From a virus: 64,000 bases of DNA. The position numbers and the translations under genes were made by a program. Positions 9,601 to 18,857 of the stretch are shown in pieces. The notes beneath the pieces are model-generated. The model worked only from the letters and a program-made list of their open reading frames with translations. It made no database searches and was not told the DNA's origin. The stretch is taken from positions 28,532 to 92,531 of the IMG/VR virus record IMGVR_UViG_3300021962_000056. One strand, 5' to 3'. Every line of letters begins with the position of its first letter. Positions within the stretch are counted from its first letter, which is position 1.

Positions 9601-11014
9601 CGGGGGCAGGCGCAGGGGCAGGAGCCTTCCCGACAACCGGAGCCGGAATGCCCATCTTCTGGTGCATCAACGTTAGCTCCGCAAGCTCATCTGGATTGAT
9701 CGTGCCAGCGTCGGCTTTTAGTCGCAGCTGGTCCAAACGGATAACATCAACTTCAGGCGCGGGTTTGGGCTTAGGCGTCGGCGTCTGTGTAACAACCTCA
9801 TTCTGGCCAGTAACCCCAGTCTCCTGGGACATCTTGAGAACATCTTCGGCAGTAATCTCGGCTTCACCCTCTTGCTGCGTATCTTCAATCCCGGCCACGG
9901 TGGCGTTAGCACGCGGCAATGGGTTTGCGGGATCGCCTCCCAACGATTCAGCCGCAGCATCACCCAAGTTGGCATTTCGGCGTGAACCAACCAGACCACC
10001 AACAGCACCTCCAGATATGGATCCAATGAATCCGGCCTGTGCAACACCATCAAGCCACCCTCGTTCGGGATCATACACCGCAGCGGCAGCAATGTTTCCT
10101 CCAAGCTGCTCAGCCGATTCTTGGACACCTTCAGTTGCCAGCGCCTCGACAGCGCCACGGACACGTTCAGCACCCGTGACTCCAAGGAACTTTCTTTGGA
10201 ACTTGGCAGACTTGGGAACCAACCTCTCGGCAAGCCGTGCTCCAATGCCTCCGATTTCGCCAGTAGCAAAGCGTTGAACAACTTTAGGTGCTGCTCCCAG
10301 CAATCCCTCGGTGACAGCTCCAATGGGTGCGGTTGTAACAAACGCCCCATATTTCATCTGTTCGCGGCGATCTTGAAGATCCGCAGCGACATCATACTGC
10401 TGGTTGGCTAGAGCCTGAGCAATACGACGGTTGATCGTAGTGTCAGCCTCATCAAGCGCCGATTCACCTGCTTGCAGTCCGTATGCGATACCTCCGGTTA
10501 GAGCACCAGCCGGACCAGCGATTGCCGCAGCTGGAAGGACAGAGACCGTGCTTCCGATGCCACCCATGATTTGAGCGGGTACGGACTCTCGCACGCCGGG
10601 TAGGCCTGGGTAGGTTTCCTGCCCGAACTCTTGGACAGCTTGACCGGCCTTAAAAATCGGGCTTTGAGTGGCTGAGCGTTGTTGTTGCTCGAATGGGGTC
10701 TCCGTAAACGGATCGCCAGCCTCAAAGGTTCTGGCAAATGCTTTCGCGGTTTGGCCCAGTCCTTCGAGCGCCCCACGCGGCAACTCGGAAAGAGTGTTGA
10801 GCGCAGTCTCGACTGTGCCGTACTGCCCAAGTTGAAACTTGGCTTTCTCTTCGCGCTCAGTCTCTGCTGCTAGCTCTTCCTGCCGCTGCTCTATCAAACT
10901 TTTTCGGATCGCTTGATAGTTATCGCGGACGTACTGCTGGGCCTGCTCCTCTGAAACATCGTCCGGGAATGCAACGGCGCCCAAATCACGTCCAAAGTCG
11001 ATCTCGATTGCCAT
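3644..11014 (-). CDS. Very large internal virion / DNA-ejection (polyvalent) protein
   Basis: 2456 aa, last gene of the tail operon. Ala/Gly-rich N-terminal membrane-like region, PAPA linkers, C-terminal PYSIRFGNTYVSY motif reminiscent of LPD38-type domains. Confidence 0.75.
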   Translation of the reverse strand: MAIEIDFGRDLGAVAFPDDVSEEQAQQYVRDNYQAIRKSLIEQRQEELAAETEREEKAKFQLGQYGTVETALNTLSELPRGALEGLGQTAKAFARTFEAGDPFTETPFEQQQRSATQSPIFKAGQAVQEFGQETYPGLPGVRESVPAQIMGGIGSTVSVLPAAAIAGPAGALTGGIAYGLQAGESALDEADTTINRRIAQALANQQYDVAADLQDRREQMKYGAFVTTAPIGAVTEGLLGAAPKVVQRFATGEIGGIGARLAERLVPKSAKFQRKFLGVTGAERVRGAVEALATEGVQESAEQLGGNIAAAAVYDPERGWLDGVAQAGFIGSISGGAVGGLVGSRRNANLGDAAAESLGGDPANPLPRANATVAGIEDTQQEGEAEITAEDVLKMSQETGVTGQNEVVTQTPTPKPKPAPEVDVIRLDQLRLKADAGTINPDELAELTLMHQKMGIPAPVVGKAPAPAPAPAPAAPVDTETGLTADEQDELDELITAEDAGTLSEEGAITLAAYRARLGTEPAATQPTTPAPSAVQKQGPDEGVLRREEPQPPVEVGLRQMDQGGRPAEVGGAEAEVTPEEVQQVKAEVAPAPAPAPTPAPSPAIKPDEELTEKQYYTKRVKEIAKANDLTEAEVRAQFSQEDSNLEYWLMIRSAAESGKQLKAETLDRLPEARIDFLRKQYPQALPEGYMAPAVRKSAAEKQAEMRAAKRGVRPAAAAQGVSPADQIHSAKLPKELARSTPRYNFGSNVFLPTLGSDFDRAAYILAQEKPSEADQQFMDWAVEVSGMSPEKIRAHGKTVRAQLKELARTSTGGTQKKPAVIVLAPQPIAAAERPAPAPAPAPAPTPAKPTPAPQADPNEKLAAFIEDVDGAITNLESPAKLRAMVKKAVAAGYITARDAAEIASVQKSMGSAEDTTDAFSEFAGYLSMELDKRRKAPAAAPTPAPVGKVDKAIAKLENLKVDTGGTFDAVLGIPALVWNGALITAQNALRAGRAVTQAIDAAIEYIRTNLNEKQAAKVNLEAVRNQFETDLVLGRSASEIVDDGKLSGYKQKARHLIPEERRKLRSDTKKRFVDLFNKLPSVSEFAAAALGGAVKRGWYRKSAEALIDVFGVDAPRFAALLAGLSPQTSVESNLINALNVWKNWNLAGRPTDRAAIVSVMGRSVQGNKGEESVLDAWINNSVRALSSEDPTSVTLSGPKVNSFMLNLRGVVNEVTNDAWMANFALVDQAMFSGSLNAAGTDPGKGTGYLAMSAKVRATAEYLTELTGDQWTPAEVQETVWSWAKTLYELQDRRGETRNALEILRAGELTEEAIAGTPDFATLLADGEYRRILAEAGYGNQVEQLARRSAELRGAGQARSESQAAAAASQTLRNAEERAARRLVQLRKQRAAEAEAERNQRPDRVEAALQKVIAATDPRGKAFEAVAALSNFVVFQASKIALRIYQSTKSWVAARNAGMDYIKSHVQLQNEPETAANFEEHIKAFPNQEIPAGTPERPQPPSPDVRVPSRGLFLGDISKDTDENWASEARKWVDFFNGNLERAYQVVLGEDIDNAFKEYILGEIIQRNQLDIARAKNDVELLRALNLEKRLAESAKSLGAVTAKAMAARKLAQERFWWAQPAMILRNLIRKRQDELIPFSKIESEQVRKWLTESGREAVNQIREAMKKADNVFAREFRKIKQVPGEPDGPPIEIKWQDILTQALDTQGSVRQKMLQVILADPRLRNLSPAGIAEITNLLTKAWETKRNQIFRAEFQKKVPLPNVKPDVREKLFRSLPRILKYANIARATPGSFSIQDGPDTFLLWEQAFRDAVAPEFGVAELNGATARKITDLAQKAQAQGGVNRNEIIQQMFRLMAREGGVRFSDALRDYWYAAVLSGVRTQVDNWANVWNGFLNTAMFAGMAKKDAGFVAYSALKGLDEGIRDFWPMLWRGELYRSVNFNPDQPGSALEGLGQSRNLFAKGISQFKYVGRLINALDHMTALMSDSTAKAYALRKLYGPEVARRYLTPSKEAVAAARARAIAEGTRPELVNKRTREIIQEKLPVEILLTAKDIREMTTFTETPQGILGSLYRGLDQAAQGKTLYKVLSGTNFLRFAANSANEILNFAFPVAFIRYYQSAPGRSEGEYGLKFSESRRDLLLAKAAFGTALGIYAGALFLGDDDKEEDRNIDITGSFKSLDPNKRKQLLAEGRQPYSIRFGNTYVSYRQLGFGGVLATIGELRDRQLFSPDKWSQENIVEKILDGAAAGMFIVKDSTAISGLTELLGFANAYKYDTDEFIEKSFPRYVSRLAGSLVPNILKEVDAWSDPSIFKTEAGNFGYEYFLQQVPFGRREIGPGPILNVLGEPVKVERYPWSRWAKEREDDLAWGTLGKLASRGVFMPTPAITVKVNENGTRREMTREEKYAYQRAVGQGYRKFIEQNSKRLLALPPAEAADFIDKNADRIRRNARTNLKNSF

Positions 11015-11020
11015 GGTAGG

Positions 11021-12448
11021 TTAAAGTTCCACGGGCGCACGGCCACGCGGCAAACTCAGAATTGCGTCAAACTGTTCTTGAGACAATCCCAATGGCAAGG
11101 AGTTGGTTCCAGCTGGTGTTGGAACTCCGGCCTGATTTAGAGCTTGCCGCAACTGAAGGCCAAGAACTGCGGGGTCAACACCCCTAGACTGAGCCTCAAT
11201 CATTGCCTGTCGGAGTTCTTCTGGATCCAGTTCAGAAAGCGACTCGCTTGAATTTGTGGTCGCAGGCTGAAGCGAATTCACCGCCATTCTTGGTGCAGCA
11301 ACCATAGGAGCGTTGGTGGATGCTGTCCCCGGTCCGCGTGAGGTTATCGGCGGCACGTTTCGGAGGGCGCTGCTAGGTATAATACGACGGGCGCGTGAAG
11401 CTGCTTCTGCGCGGTTTTTTGGAGCAGGTTCAGAAGAAGTGATGCCTAGTGCTTCCCTTCGATCCTTGCGTTTCACTTCTAACTGCGCTTTTGCTTCGTC
11501 GATCGTGTATCCGTAGCTTTCGCCAAAGTATCCCGTCTGATCCTTGCGTACCTTGACGTTCCCTTGATCGTCTTCGTAGACGTTGACATCTACGTTTTTG
11601 CCGCGACTAGCAAGACGCTTGAGTTCCTTTTCTGCTTCGTCGATGTCGCCGAATGGATCGGGCTCTTTATCGGGAGACGCAAGGCGTTTGGCTTGTTCCT
11701 CGAGGGCCATTTCTGGCGTGAGGTAAAGTTCAACCTCCTCACCGCTGGGACGCGTATATTTTATACTCCCCGCCTTCTCCGCCTTCTTAGGCGTAGGCGT
11801 AGGAGCAATCCACTGTCTCCCACCGAACGACATTCGTTGGCCACCACCCATGGGCGCGCCTAGACGGGTGGGCGCAGCAGTGACAGGGACATTGCCAGAG
11901 AAAATGTCAGGAGTAGAAATGTCTTCGATTTGGTTTCTGACTTCGTCTGGAAGTTCGCGGTCCTGCTCTTGATCGGCAGGGATAAACCCGCGCCGGATCA
12001 TGGCCGCAGTAAGATCCTTCTCCTGGGCCATTCGCTTTGCTGTCCCGCGAAGGCGCCCAGTCTGATAGGCTGGACTGCCAATGACCTCCGGTGACAACGG
12101 CGCCTGAGTTCCATACAGAGCGCCAAGCTCTCCCTCTGCGCCGGCTATTTGTTCCTCTTGTAATCGACGATCCCGCTTCAACGCAGAGGCCGCGTAATCA
12201 GGTTCACCGTTTGCTAGCACCAGATCCTGACCAAACTGTCCCGCTGCTGCATCGAGACGAGCTTTGATTCGCTCATCGAGTGCAGCCCTTCGTTCGATAC
12301 CCAGCTGGTTGTAATAGTCCTGCCGGATCCGCGCCTCTTCCTGGCGCTGCGCCATCGCCTCCTCACGCGCCTGGCGCTGATTCGCCAGCTGCACGCCTTG
12401 AAGGTACGACTGCCCGATGTTTTCGAGTCCTGAGAAGGGGTTTGCCAT
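11021..12448 (-). CDS. Putative internal virion (ejection) protein
   Basis: Start MANPFSG just after the upstream stop; Gln/Glu/Ala-rich helical; middle gene of a typical three-gene ejection set. Confidence 0.6.
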   Translation of the reverse strand: MANPFSGLENIGQSYLQGVQLANQRQAREEAMAQRQEEARIRQDYYNQLGIERRAALDERIKARLDAAAGQFGQDLVLANGEPDYAASALKRDRRLQEEQIAGAEGELGALYGTQAPLSPEVIGSPAYQTGRLRGTAKRMAQEKDLTAAMIRRGFIPADQEQDRELPDEVRNQIEDISTPDIFSGNVPVTAAPTRLGAPMGGGQRMSFGGRQWIAPTPTPKKAEKAGSIKYTRPSGEEVELYLTPEMALEEQAKRLASPDKEPDPFGDIDEAEKELKRLASRGKNVDVNVYEDDQGNVKVRKDQTGYFGESYGYTIDEAKAQLEVKRKDRREALGITSSEPAPKNRAEAASRARRIIPSSALRNVPPITSRGPGTASTNAPMVAAPRMAVNSLQPATTNSSESLSELDPEELRQAMIEAQSRGVDPAVLGLQLRQALNQAGVPTPAGTNSLPLGLSQEQFDAILSLPRGRAPVEL

Positions 12449-12452
12449 AAAA

Positions 12453-13193
12453 TTAGCCTCCCATGAGTTTGCGTTGAGTGGAGACCAGATCGCTTTCGCC
12501 GCCGGTGCCGGCGCGACTCTGCGCTCCCAGCTGCGCGAATCCAAGATTGGTCAATCCAGATCCGAGTGATCCAAACGCTTGACCGACCGCTCCAGTTGCA
12601 CTCGGCATACCGGCAACACCAAGGAGCGCCTGCTGTTGTGCGCTGCGCTCGCCGCCGCGCAATGCGGCAATCTGCTGTGGCGTAAACTCGTAGTTCGCCA
12701 ACGGAGCCAGCGGTGTGGTTCCAAGGATGTTGGCGAACTGTTGGTTGCCGAGGTTTGCGAAGTCCAAGCTGGTTCGTCCGAGGTCTCGGGCAACGAGGTT
12801 TCTTCCAGCTGCGCTTCCGGCGTACCCACCCTGAAGAGCTTGGCCGGCTGCTCTGCGTTGAACCTGCGCCGCGACATCAGGCGGGAGTTCACCGCGAAGG
12901 AGTGCTAGCGCGTTCTGAGTGCGTTGCGCTTGGCCTTCTTGATAACCAGGAATCTGGATGCCAAGCGACTCCAGCAGCTGGGCTCGGTTGAACGCGTTGC
13001 GCTCGGTCTCCATTTCTCGGGCGCGGGGAGCGTTGAGAGCGGACTCTCCCATTACCGCACCAACATCAAGCCCAGGAATGTTTGCAGCGTCACGGGCCTG
13101 CCGGCGCGCCGCGCTAGCGGACGACGCTGACAATGCTGCGCCTGTTCCAGACCCGACAAGCCCAACTCCTATTGCTGTTCCTACCCAAGACAT
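12453..13193 (-). CDS. Putative small ejection / DNA pilot protein
   Basis: Gly/Ala-rich hydrophobic N-terminus (MSWVGTAIGVGLVGSG); position in operon. Confidence 0.6.
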   Translation of the reverse strand: MSWVGTAIGVGLVGSGTGAALSASSASAARRQARDAANIPGLDVGAVMGESALNAPRAREMETERNAFNRAQLLESLGIQIPGYQEGQAQRTQNALALLRGELPPDVAAQVQRRAAGQALQGGYAGSAAGRNLVARDLGRTSLDFANLGNQQFANILGTTPLAPLANYEFTPQQIAALRGGERSAQQQALLGVAGMPSATGAVGQAFGSLGSGLTNLGFAQLGAQSRAGTGGESDLVSTQRKLMGG

Positions 13194-13645
13194 AGTAAGT
13201 ATTTGTTATCCCTCACGTAAGTGAGGTCGTTGCGTATCTCTTCGTGATTTTTTTTGTTCAGCGGGTTGGGGTGAACAGTCACCCAAACCGTGTCCTCTTG
13301 AATCAAAATCGCCCTTCGCGTCTGCGGCAGGGTAATTCCGTACATCGGCGCCGTGTAGGTCACCAGTCCCTCGGTTTCGCTGATTACCGTCAGCTTGCCC
13401 TGAAGCAGAAAGAACGGGTGATCGAACTTATGGATCCGACTGGTGATGATTGATCCAGCTGGCGCAAATATTTCCCGCACGTACAACCCCTCTGGATAAG
13501 TATGGTTGAGCGGGCACTCGATCTGCGGCTTGTCCGAGACAAACGCTTCCCAACGATCCAGTCGATCGTCGAGCGGAACGTCTGCGTCGGTCAGAAATTC
13601 CAACCACGTCACCGGCTGCACTACAACTGGAAGCTCTTCGGTCAT
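13181..13645 (-). CDS. Cupin-fold phage protein
   Basis: H.YPEGLYVREIFAPAGSIITSRIHKFDH..FLLQGKLTV, with a cupin-like His pair. Confidence 0.7.
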   Translation of the reverse strand: MTEELPVVVQPVTWLEFLTDADVPLDDRLDRWEAFVSDKPQIECPLNHTYPEGLYVREIFAPAGSIITSRIHKFDHPFFLLQGKLTVISETEGLVTYTAPMYGITLPQTRRAILIQEDTVWVTVHPNPLNKKNHEEIRNDLTYVRDNKYLLCLG

Positions 13646-14730
13646 CAGATGAAGCCACCAAAGATGAACTGGGTCTTGGCCGATCCGAACGGCTGCACGT
13701 TAATCACGCTGCGCTCGTTCGGGCTGTAGGCTTCGAGTTCATTGCGCAGACTGCGAAGCGCCAGCTGGATCTCACGTTCAGCCTCGGTGTACTGATTCCG
13801 GTCCTCCTTCTGGATGGCCTTCATCATGTGCTTGATCGCCTGGAGATTGCCGATGAACAGCCAATCGGAGTCAACGATGGCCGGGATGAACTCCAGACGC
13901 ACGATCGCCTCGACTACCGTGTTGGTACATTCCTCATCTGGAGGCACGCACCCGTCGCCGTGGTCGATGCAGTCGTTCTGAGCTTCCGCGTTGCACCCGG
14001 AGGTTCCGCCGCAAACCTCGGGCATCCCGATCAGGTACGTGCGACGGTACTCAGGGTTTTCTTCGCTGGGACCCCAGAGTGCGACTTCCGTGGTCACAGT
14101 ACCGTTGTAGGTCGAAATGCGCAGCCTTCCCTGCGTCAACGGCTTCTGGGCGCCGGTGAGTCCAGGCTTCTTGAACTGCTTCGTTGTCTGGACAAACGGA
14201 GTGATGTTTGGGTTTGGCAGAGTGACGTATTCACCCCAGACATACTCTCCGGAAACCGTATCGTAGGTGCGAATGGCTTCATTGGTAATCGGATCAATCC
14301 CTTGAAGCAGGACACGTTTGCCGGCATCAGCTGCTAGCTCTGGTGCCACCTGAAAATAGCAGGTCTCGATCGAATCCCGATACTGCGTGACCATACCGCG
14401 ATCCAGCAGCTGTTCCTGCTCGCATCCCTCACGGCCGCATCCGGTGCGCGGTGCGCGTTCATCCGTCTGGAACTCGTACCACTGGTTCTGGATCGGGATG
14501 TTGTACCCGCAGAGGTTCATCGCCTCGATCGTCTTGACCTCGCGAGGCCAAGTGATGCAGCCGGCAGTGACGCAGATGCGCAACTTCTTGTATGTGCCCC
14601 ACCACTTGCCCATGTCGGCAAGCCGCGCCTGAGCCTCGTTGAGCAGCTGGACGAAACGCTCGTCACAGGTGGCCAGTCCGACTGCCTGCGCGATCGTGGA
14701 GTTCTTGGCCTGTGCGAGGGTTTTTCTCAT
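13645..14730 (-). CDS. Putative head-tail adaptor (tail tubular A-like), Cys-rich
   Basis: LLNEAQARL...W helix, size and synteny. Confidence 0.5.
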   Translation of the reverse strand: MRKTLAQAKNSTIAQAVGLATCDERFVQLLNEAQARLADMGKWWGTYKKLRICVTAGCITWPREVKTIEAMNLCGYNIPIQNQWYEFQTDERAPRTGCGREGCEQEQLLDRGMVTQYRDSIETCYFQVAPELAADAGKRVLLQGIDPITNEAIRTYDTVSGEYVWGEYVTLPNPNITPFVQTTKQFKKPGLTGAQKPLTQGRLRISTYNGTVTTEVALWGPSEENPEYRRTYLIGMPEVCGGTSGCNAEAQNDCIDHGDGCVPPDEECTNTVVEAIVRLEFIPAIVDSDWLFIGNLQAIKHMMKAIQKEDRNQYTEAEREIQLALRSLRNELEAYSPNERSVINVQPFGSAKTQFIFGGFI

Positions 14731-15719
14731 GGCGGGGTGTAGAGGGGGTTGAGCGCGGTCGCGTAGACTTTCATCTGATAATCAGTGGCTGAGCTTGCAG
14801 GTCCAAGCGCCGGAGTCATAAACGGAAAGATAATCCCGTTTTGCCAAATCGGATAAACGTGAATTTGATCAAAGTCAGCCGTGTACTTGAACGCTGGCAT
14901 ATCGGCAGCAGGCCCGTCCGCTAGCAAGTTCAAGCAGTCAACTTCTTGACCCGAATACCAGGTTAATGTCGCGTTTGGAATCGTGCTCGCATCTGTAAAT
15001 GTCTGTGTTCCTACGGCAATCCTTTGCAAAACCACCCGGACCATGAACGGCATGATTTTCGATCCGGTCAATGGATTCACGAATCCATGAGTGAAATTTT
15101 CTGGCGCAGCAGAAACCGATGGAATAACTCGCAATGTAGACTCATACGTCAAAAACTGACGTAAACTCTGCCGCGTCAGGTCCCGCTTCTGCGTGATCAG
15201 CTGGAAATTTACCCCGTCGTACAAGACGGACACAACCTGACCAATCAGGATGTCGTTTGCGGAAAGGGCGGTCGTGCCATCCTTCGTGATCGTCTTGGCA
15301 CCGCGTCCATCCACATTCAGCGTGCAAGCGCCAGCATTGGTGTGGTTTGCGAGGAAGGTGTAAATCTGACCAGTCCGGTAGGCCGAAGCAGCATTGGGGT
15401 AAGCCGGCGAATTGGTGACCGCATAGTTTCCACCTGCACCTGTTGCCGTGCCCGCAAACACCACTTCGCTGCTGGATCGAATCCACGCCAGATCGGTGGG
15501 ATTTCCAGACCACTTCATCACGTCGATCGGTCGATCAGACGAATCGGTACGCAGCCAATAGAGTGCAGTGTTTCCGGGTGCGGTTTGCGATGTCACCCAT
15601 TCCGCGCCGGTATTCAGGTTTCCAATCAGCGCGGCCGCGTAAGCGTCCAGGCGATCCTGTTCGCTCGCGTAGCATTGGGGAGGGGGAAGCTCTCCAGCTG
15701 TGATGTCAATCGTTGGCAT
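14727..15719 (-). CDS. Tail fibre / receptor-binding-like protein
   Basis: TFLANHTNAGACTLNVDGRGAKTI...YDGVNFQL is a common phage fibre module. Confidence 0.65.
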   Translation of the reverse strand: MPTIDITAGELPPPQCYASEQDRLDAYAAALIGNLNTGAEWVTSQTAPGNTALYWLRTDSSDRPIDVMKWSGNPTDLAWIRSSSEVVFAGTATGAGGNYAVTNSPAYPNAASAYRTGQIYTFLANHTNAGACTLNVDGRGAKTITKDGTTALSANDILIGQVVSVLYDGVNFQLITQKRDLTRQSLRQFLTYESTLRVIPSVSAAPENFTHGFVNPLTGSKIMPFMVRVVLQRIAVGTQTFTDASTIPNATLTWYSGQEVDCLNLLADGPAADMPAFKYTADFDQIHVYPIWQNGIIFPFMTPALGPASSATDYQMKVYATALNPLYTPP

Positions 15720-15721
15720 GG

Positions 15722-18700
15722 CTAGATTCGGTAGCTGTAATCGTCTGGCTTACACGGGCCGGGGTCGCATTGAAGATCGAGACACCCTCCCGGGCAATCG
15801 AAATAGAAAAATTGATCCAGCGGCGCAACGCACCGGTCTGGCCGTCCAGCCAGGAACGATGCTCCAAACCGTCCGCCGTTGTTGCGGACAAGATCTTGCC
15901 CGCTCAAACGACGAACAGTGTTGCACGTGATCTGGACGTTGCTGACGTACCGGAAAAAGCTGCCGGTTGCCGATGTAAACGCCACGTCTGGGCCGACATT
16001 CGCGCAGGTGAAGGTGGTTGGAGTAGGCGTTCCAGTGACGATGTTTTCGTCGTTGAAGCTGGTGTTGATGAAACCCTCGGTCGTCACGTGATCCCCGATG
16101 GACAGGTGATGCGCCTTGTTCGTGGTGAACGTCGCGACGTTTGATGTCCGCTGGTAGGCGATGGGCAGCATTTCCCAGGGGAATTTCACCGGGAGGTTGA
16201 TGCCAACGAAGCCTCCGCTGGAAGAAACGATGGCGCCGGGATTGGTAACCGTGAACTGATTTGCAGCTGGTACGGTAAGAACCGTGAAAACGCCATTGAA
16301 TGTTCCGTCAGCAACTCCAACCACGGAAACCTCCATTCCAACCTGAAGCTCATGCGCTGACACCGTTGTAAATGTCGAGATACCGCTGCCGTCTCTCGAT
16401 GCGCCATCCGGAGACGCCGACGGGGGGTTGATCGGAATCTGGTAGTCCGTCGGGTAGTACCATTTGCTGCGATCGACGTCGTGATTCAGGACGATAAACG
16501 CAGCATCGAGCGGATCGAAAGCCGTCTGGTAATACCAAGTTCCCGGCCCTTGAAGTAACACGTCATTGTTTTCAACAACCATGTCGCGGTGTGCTGAAAT
16601 CAATGTGGAATACGGATTCGGATTCGCTGTCAACGGCCCGATCAACTCATACCAATCCTGCACGTTTAACGCTATGAACGCACAAATATCCAACGCTGAG
16701 TTGTTGTGGATGCGCGTTCCAAAGTGCTGGTACGAATCAACGTAGAAACAGGTTCCAGTAAACCCGTCGAAATTGTTGTAGCGGACCTCGGCGTTTAACG
16801 TCTCTCGAACGGTGATAGCATGAACCGGGCTCTGTTGGTTGACCTTGTTTGGTCCGCCGCGAACCTCGTTGTACTCGAAGGTGCAATCCTTCGCCAGGAT
16901 CCGCTGGCTGCGAAGCATTTCGACGCTTCCGTCGAGGTACAAACCGGGAATGATGTTGGGTCCAGGTGCGTTCACTGTGAACTTGAACGCGTCCGGAACG
17001 CTTAACACCGTCGAATTTACGTAAAGATTTACGTTCGCAGCAACTGGTGGGAATGCGTTTGGAAGGGCTTGGGCAACAGTAAAATTAAAATCGTCTACAA
17101 TCGAGGCAACCGTCCAAGTTCCATTGAATGAAGGATCAGTGAGAATGCCTTGAATTTTGACCGTTGATCCAACATTGGCGAAATGCCTTCCGTAGGTGGT
17201 GTACGTCGCTACGCCAGCATTACGTTGAACGACTTGAACTGCCGTCATCGTCACCGGCACCACGTCCCCAACCCGCAGCGTGTGCTTCATGACGCAGGTG
17301 TACGTCGCCACGCCAGCGGATCTGGAAACCACGTTGATCGGGTTCACAAGGCTCGAAAAGCCGCCGATCGCGCACTGGGTGTTGGCCTCTGCGTTGCCGG
17401 GATAGAGAACGCTTTGAATCGAGTTTCGGCCTTGGTATCCGAACTTGTTGTTGATGATCCGCGCACCTGGCGTCTTGTTGTCCACCGTCATCGGTAGGAA
17501 CGAGAGGGCGATGAACGTCTCAGCGTCTGCGATACCAACGCCGAAATCGTAAAACTGGTTGTCGCGGAACACCGCGTTTTCACCGCGATGATTGATTCCT
17601 GCGACCGTGTAGGACGAGTTGACTCCTGCGGTCGTTTGAGCGGTGGCAAGAACGTCAGGGTAGTAGGTCGGAGAGTAGACGCGGCCGTTTTGAGCAGGCA
17701 GTGTTATCGGAGCGGTAACGCGAGAACAATAAAACTCCTGACCGCCAGGAAGGAATCCAGCCACGGTTTTTGTGCCATTGAAGGCTGGGTCTGTCATCCC
17801 GGTAATGACAACGCTATCACCGATCGTGAAACCAAAGTTCCAGTCTGGATGCTTTGTGTAAATGTCAGCAAAACCGTTGTTTCTACCGCCAATGATTACA
17901 GCACGAATATCGCGCTGGAAAGTGGACTGGGTTATGTTCTGAACATTTCCATACCCAGTGAATGACCCATCTGCAACACCGCCTGTTTTTACGTTTACAA
18001 TGTACTGATTGATTTCGCTTACATTGGTGTATGGAGGCGGGACTATTGGCGGAGAATACGATGGAGTTGCCACCGCAGTTATGAAATGCGGGTATGCGGT
18101 CGTGTACGTGTTTACTCCAGCGGTCCTTGAAACGGATGAAATCGCGATATCTGCAACCGAGTTGTTCGTGTAGTTGCCGTCGAACGTGATGCCTTGAATC
18201 AGCGTGTTCTTGCAATTCGTCGCATCCACAGGGCGGCCCGGATATGCTCCAGCACCTCCAACCGCGCCGCTGCCGGCATAATTGCCCAGCGTCTTGATCA
18301 TCTGGATGTTGAATCCATAGGTATCGAGTCGCTTGGTTGACGTATGGTTTGCGAACTTCAGCGTCGTTTGCCCGATGCCTTTTCCGACAAACTCGACGTT
18401 GTCGATCGCAAGTCCGTAGCCGAGAACCAACGAAGATGTGTATCCGCCGCCGATTAGGTTGATCCAGCCGTTCTCTGCTGCCAGCGGAGTGTTTGCTCCT
18501 GGCATCAACACCTGAAATGAAGTTGGGCTGTAAATCGCAGTTACCTGAAATCCAAATTGGCCTGGACCGAGATTGCTCGGCAATGTTGTTGCCGGGTCGA
18601 TGTAAACCACCGAAATGCCGTACAACGTGATTTTTTCTCCAAGAACAAGACCGTGCGGGGTAGCAGTTGTAAAGGTTGTGTAGCCACCAGTCCTCTGGCT

Positions 18701-18856
18701 CTGAGTGATCTTCGCCCCCGGACTCGACCCCAGTAGAAACGTGCCTGCCGGGAAATCGCATCGACCAGCTGTGAGCAAGCATTCGTTGATCGCCCACGCG
18801 CTGTTTCGTAGCCCGCAGGGATCCGCTCCGTAATCAACTGGGTTTGAAGAGGGCAT
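15722..18856 (-). CDS. Tailspike, pectate-lyase-like beta-helix with inserted small beta domains
   Basis: NPVDYGAD, FPAGTFL, FVGKGIGQTTLK, IQGITFDGN, Asn ladders. Start at MPSSNP abuts the upstream stop. Confidence 0.8.
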   Translation of the reverse strand: MPSSNPVDYGADPCGLRNSAWAINECLLTAGRCDFPAGTFLLGSSPGAKITQSQRTGGYTTFTTATPHGLVLGEKITLYGISVVYIDPATTLPSNLGPGQFGFQVTAIYSPTSFQVLMPGANTPLAAENGWINLIGGGYTSSLVLGYGLAIDNVEFVGKGIGQTTLKFANHTSTKRLDTYGFNIQMIKTLGNYAGSGAVGGAGAYPGRPVDATNCKNTLIQGITFDGNYTNNSVADIAISSVSRTAGVNTYTTAYPHFITAVATPSYSPPIVPPPYTNVSEINQYIVNVKTGGVADGSFTGYGNVQNITQSTFQRDIRAVIIGGRNNGFADIYTKHPDWNFGFTIGDSVVITGMTDPAFNGTKTVAGFLPGGQEFYCSRVTAPITLPAQNGRVYSPTYYPDVLATAQTTAGVNSSYTVAGINHRGENAVFRDNQFYDFGVGIADAETFIALSFLPMTVDNKTPGARIINNKFGYQGRNSIQSVLYPGNAEANTQCAIGGFSSLVNPINVVSRSAGVATYTCVMKHTLRVGDVVPVTMTAVQVVQRNAGVATYTTYGRHFANVGSTVKIQGILTDPSFNGTWTVASIVDDFNFTVAQALPNAFPPVAANVNLYVNSTVLSVPDAFKFTVNAPGPNIIPGLYLDGSVEMLRSQRILAKDCTFEYNEVRGGPNKVNQQSPVHAITVRETLNAEVRYNNFDGFTGTCFYVDSYQHFGTRIHNNSALDICAFIALNVQDWYELIGPLTANPNPYSTLISAHRDMVVENNDVLLQGPGTWYYQTAFDPLDAAFIVLNHDVDRSKWYYPTDYQIPINPPSASPDGASRDGSGISTFTTVSAHELQVGMEVSVVGVADGTFNGVFTVLTVPAANQFTVTNPGAIVSSSGGFVGINLPVKFPWEMLPIAYQRTSNVATFTTNKAHHLSIGDHVTTEGFINTSFNDENIVTGTPTPTTFTCANVGPDVAFTSATGSFFRYVSNVQITCNTVRRLSGQDLVRNNGGRFGASFLAGRPDRCVAPLDQFFYFDCPGGCLDLQCDPGPCKPDDYSYRI

Positions 18857-18857
18857 A

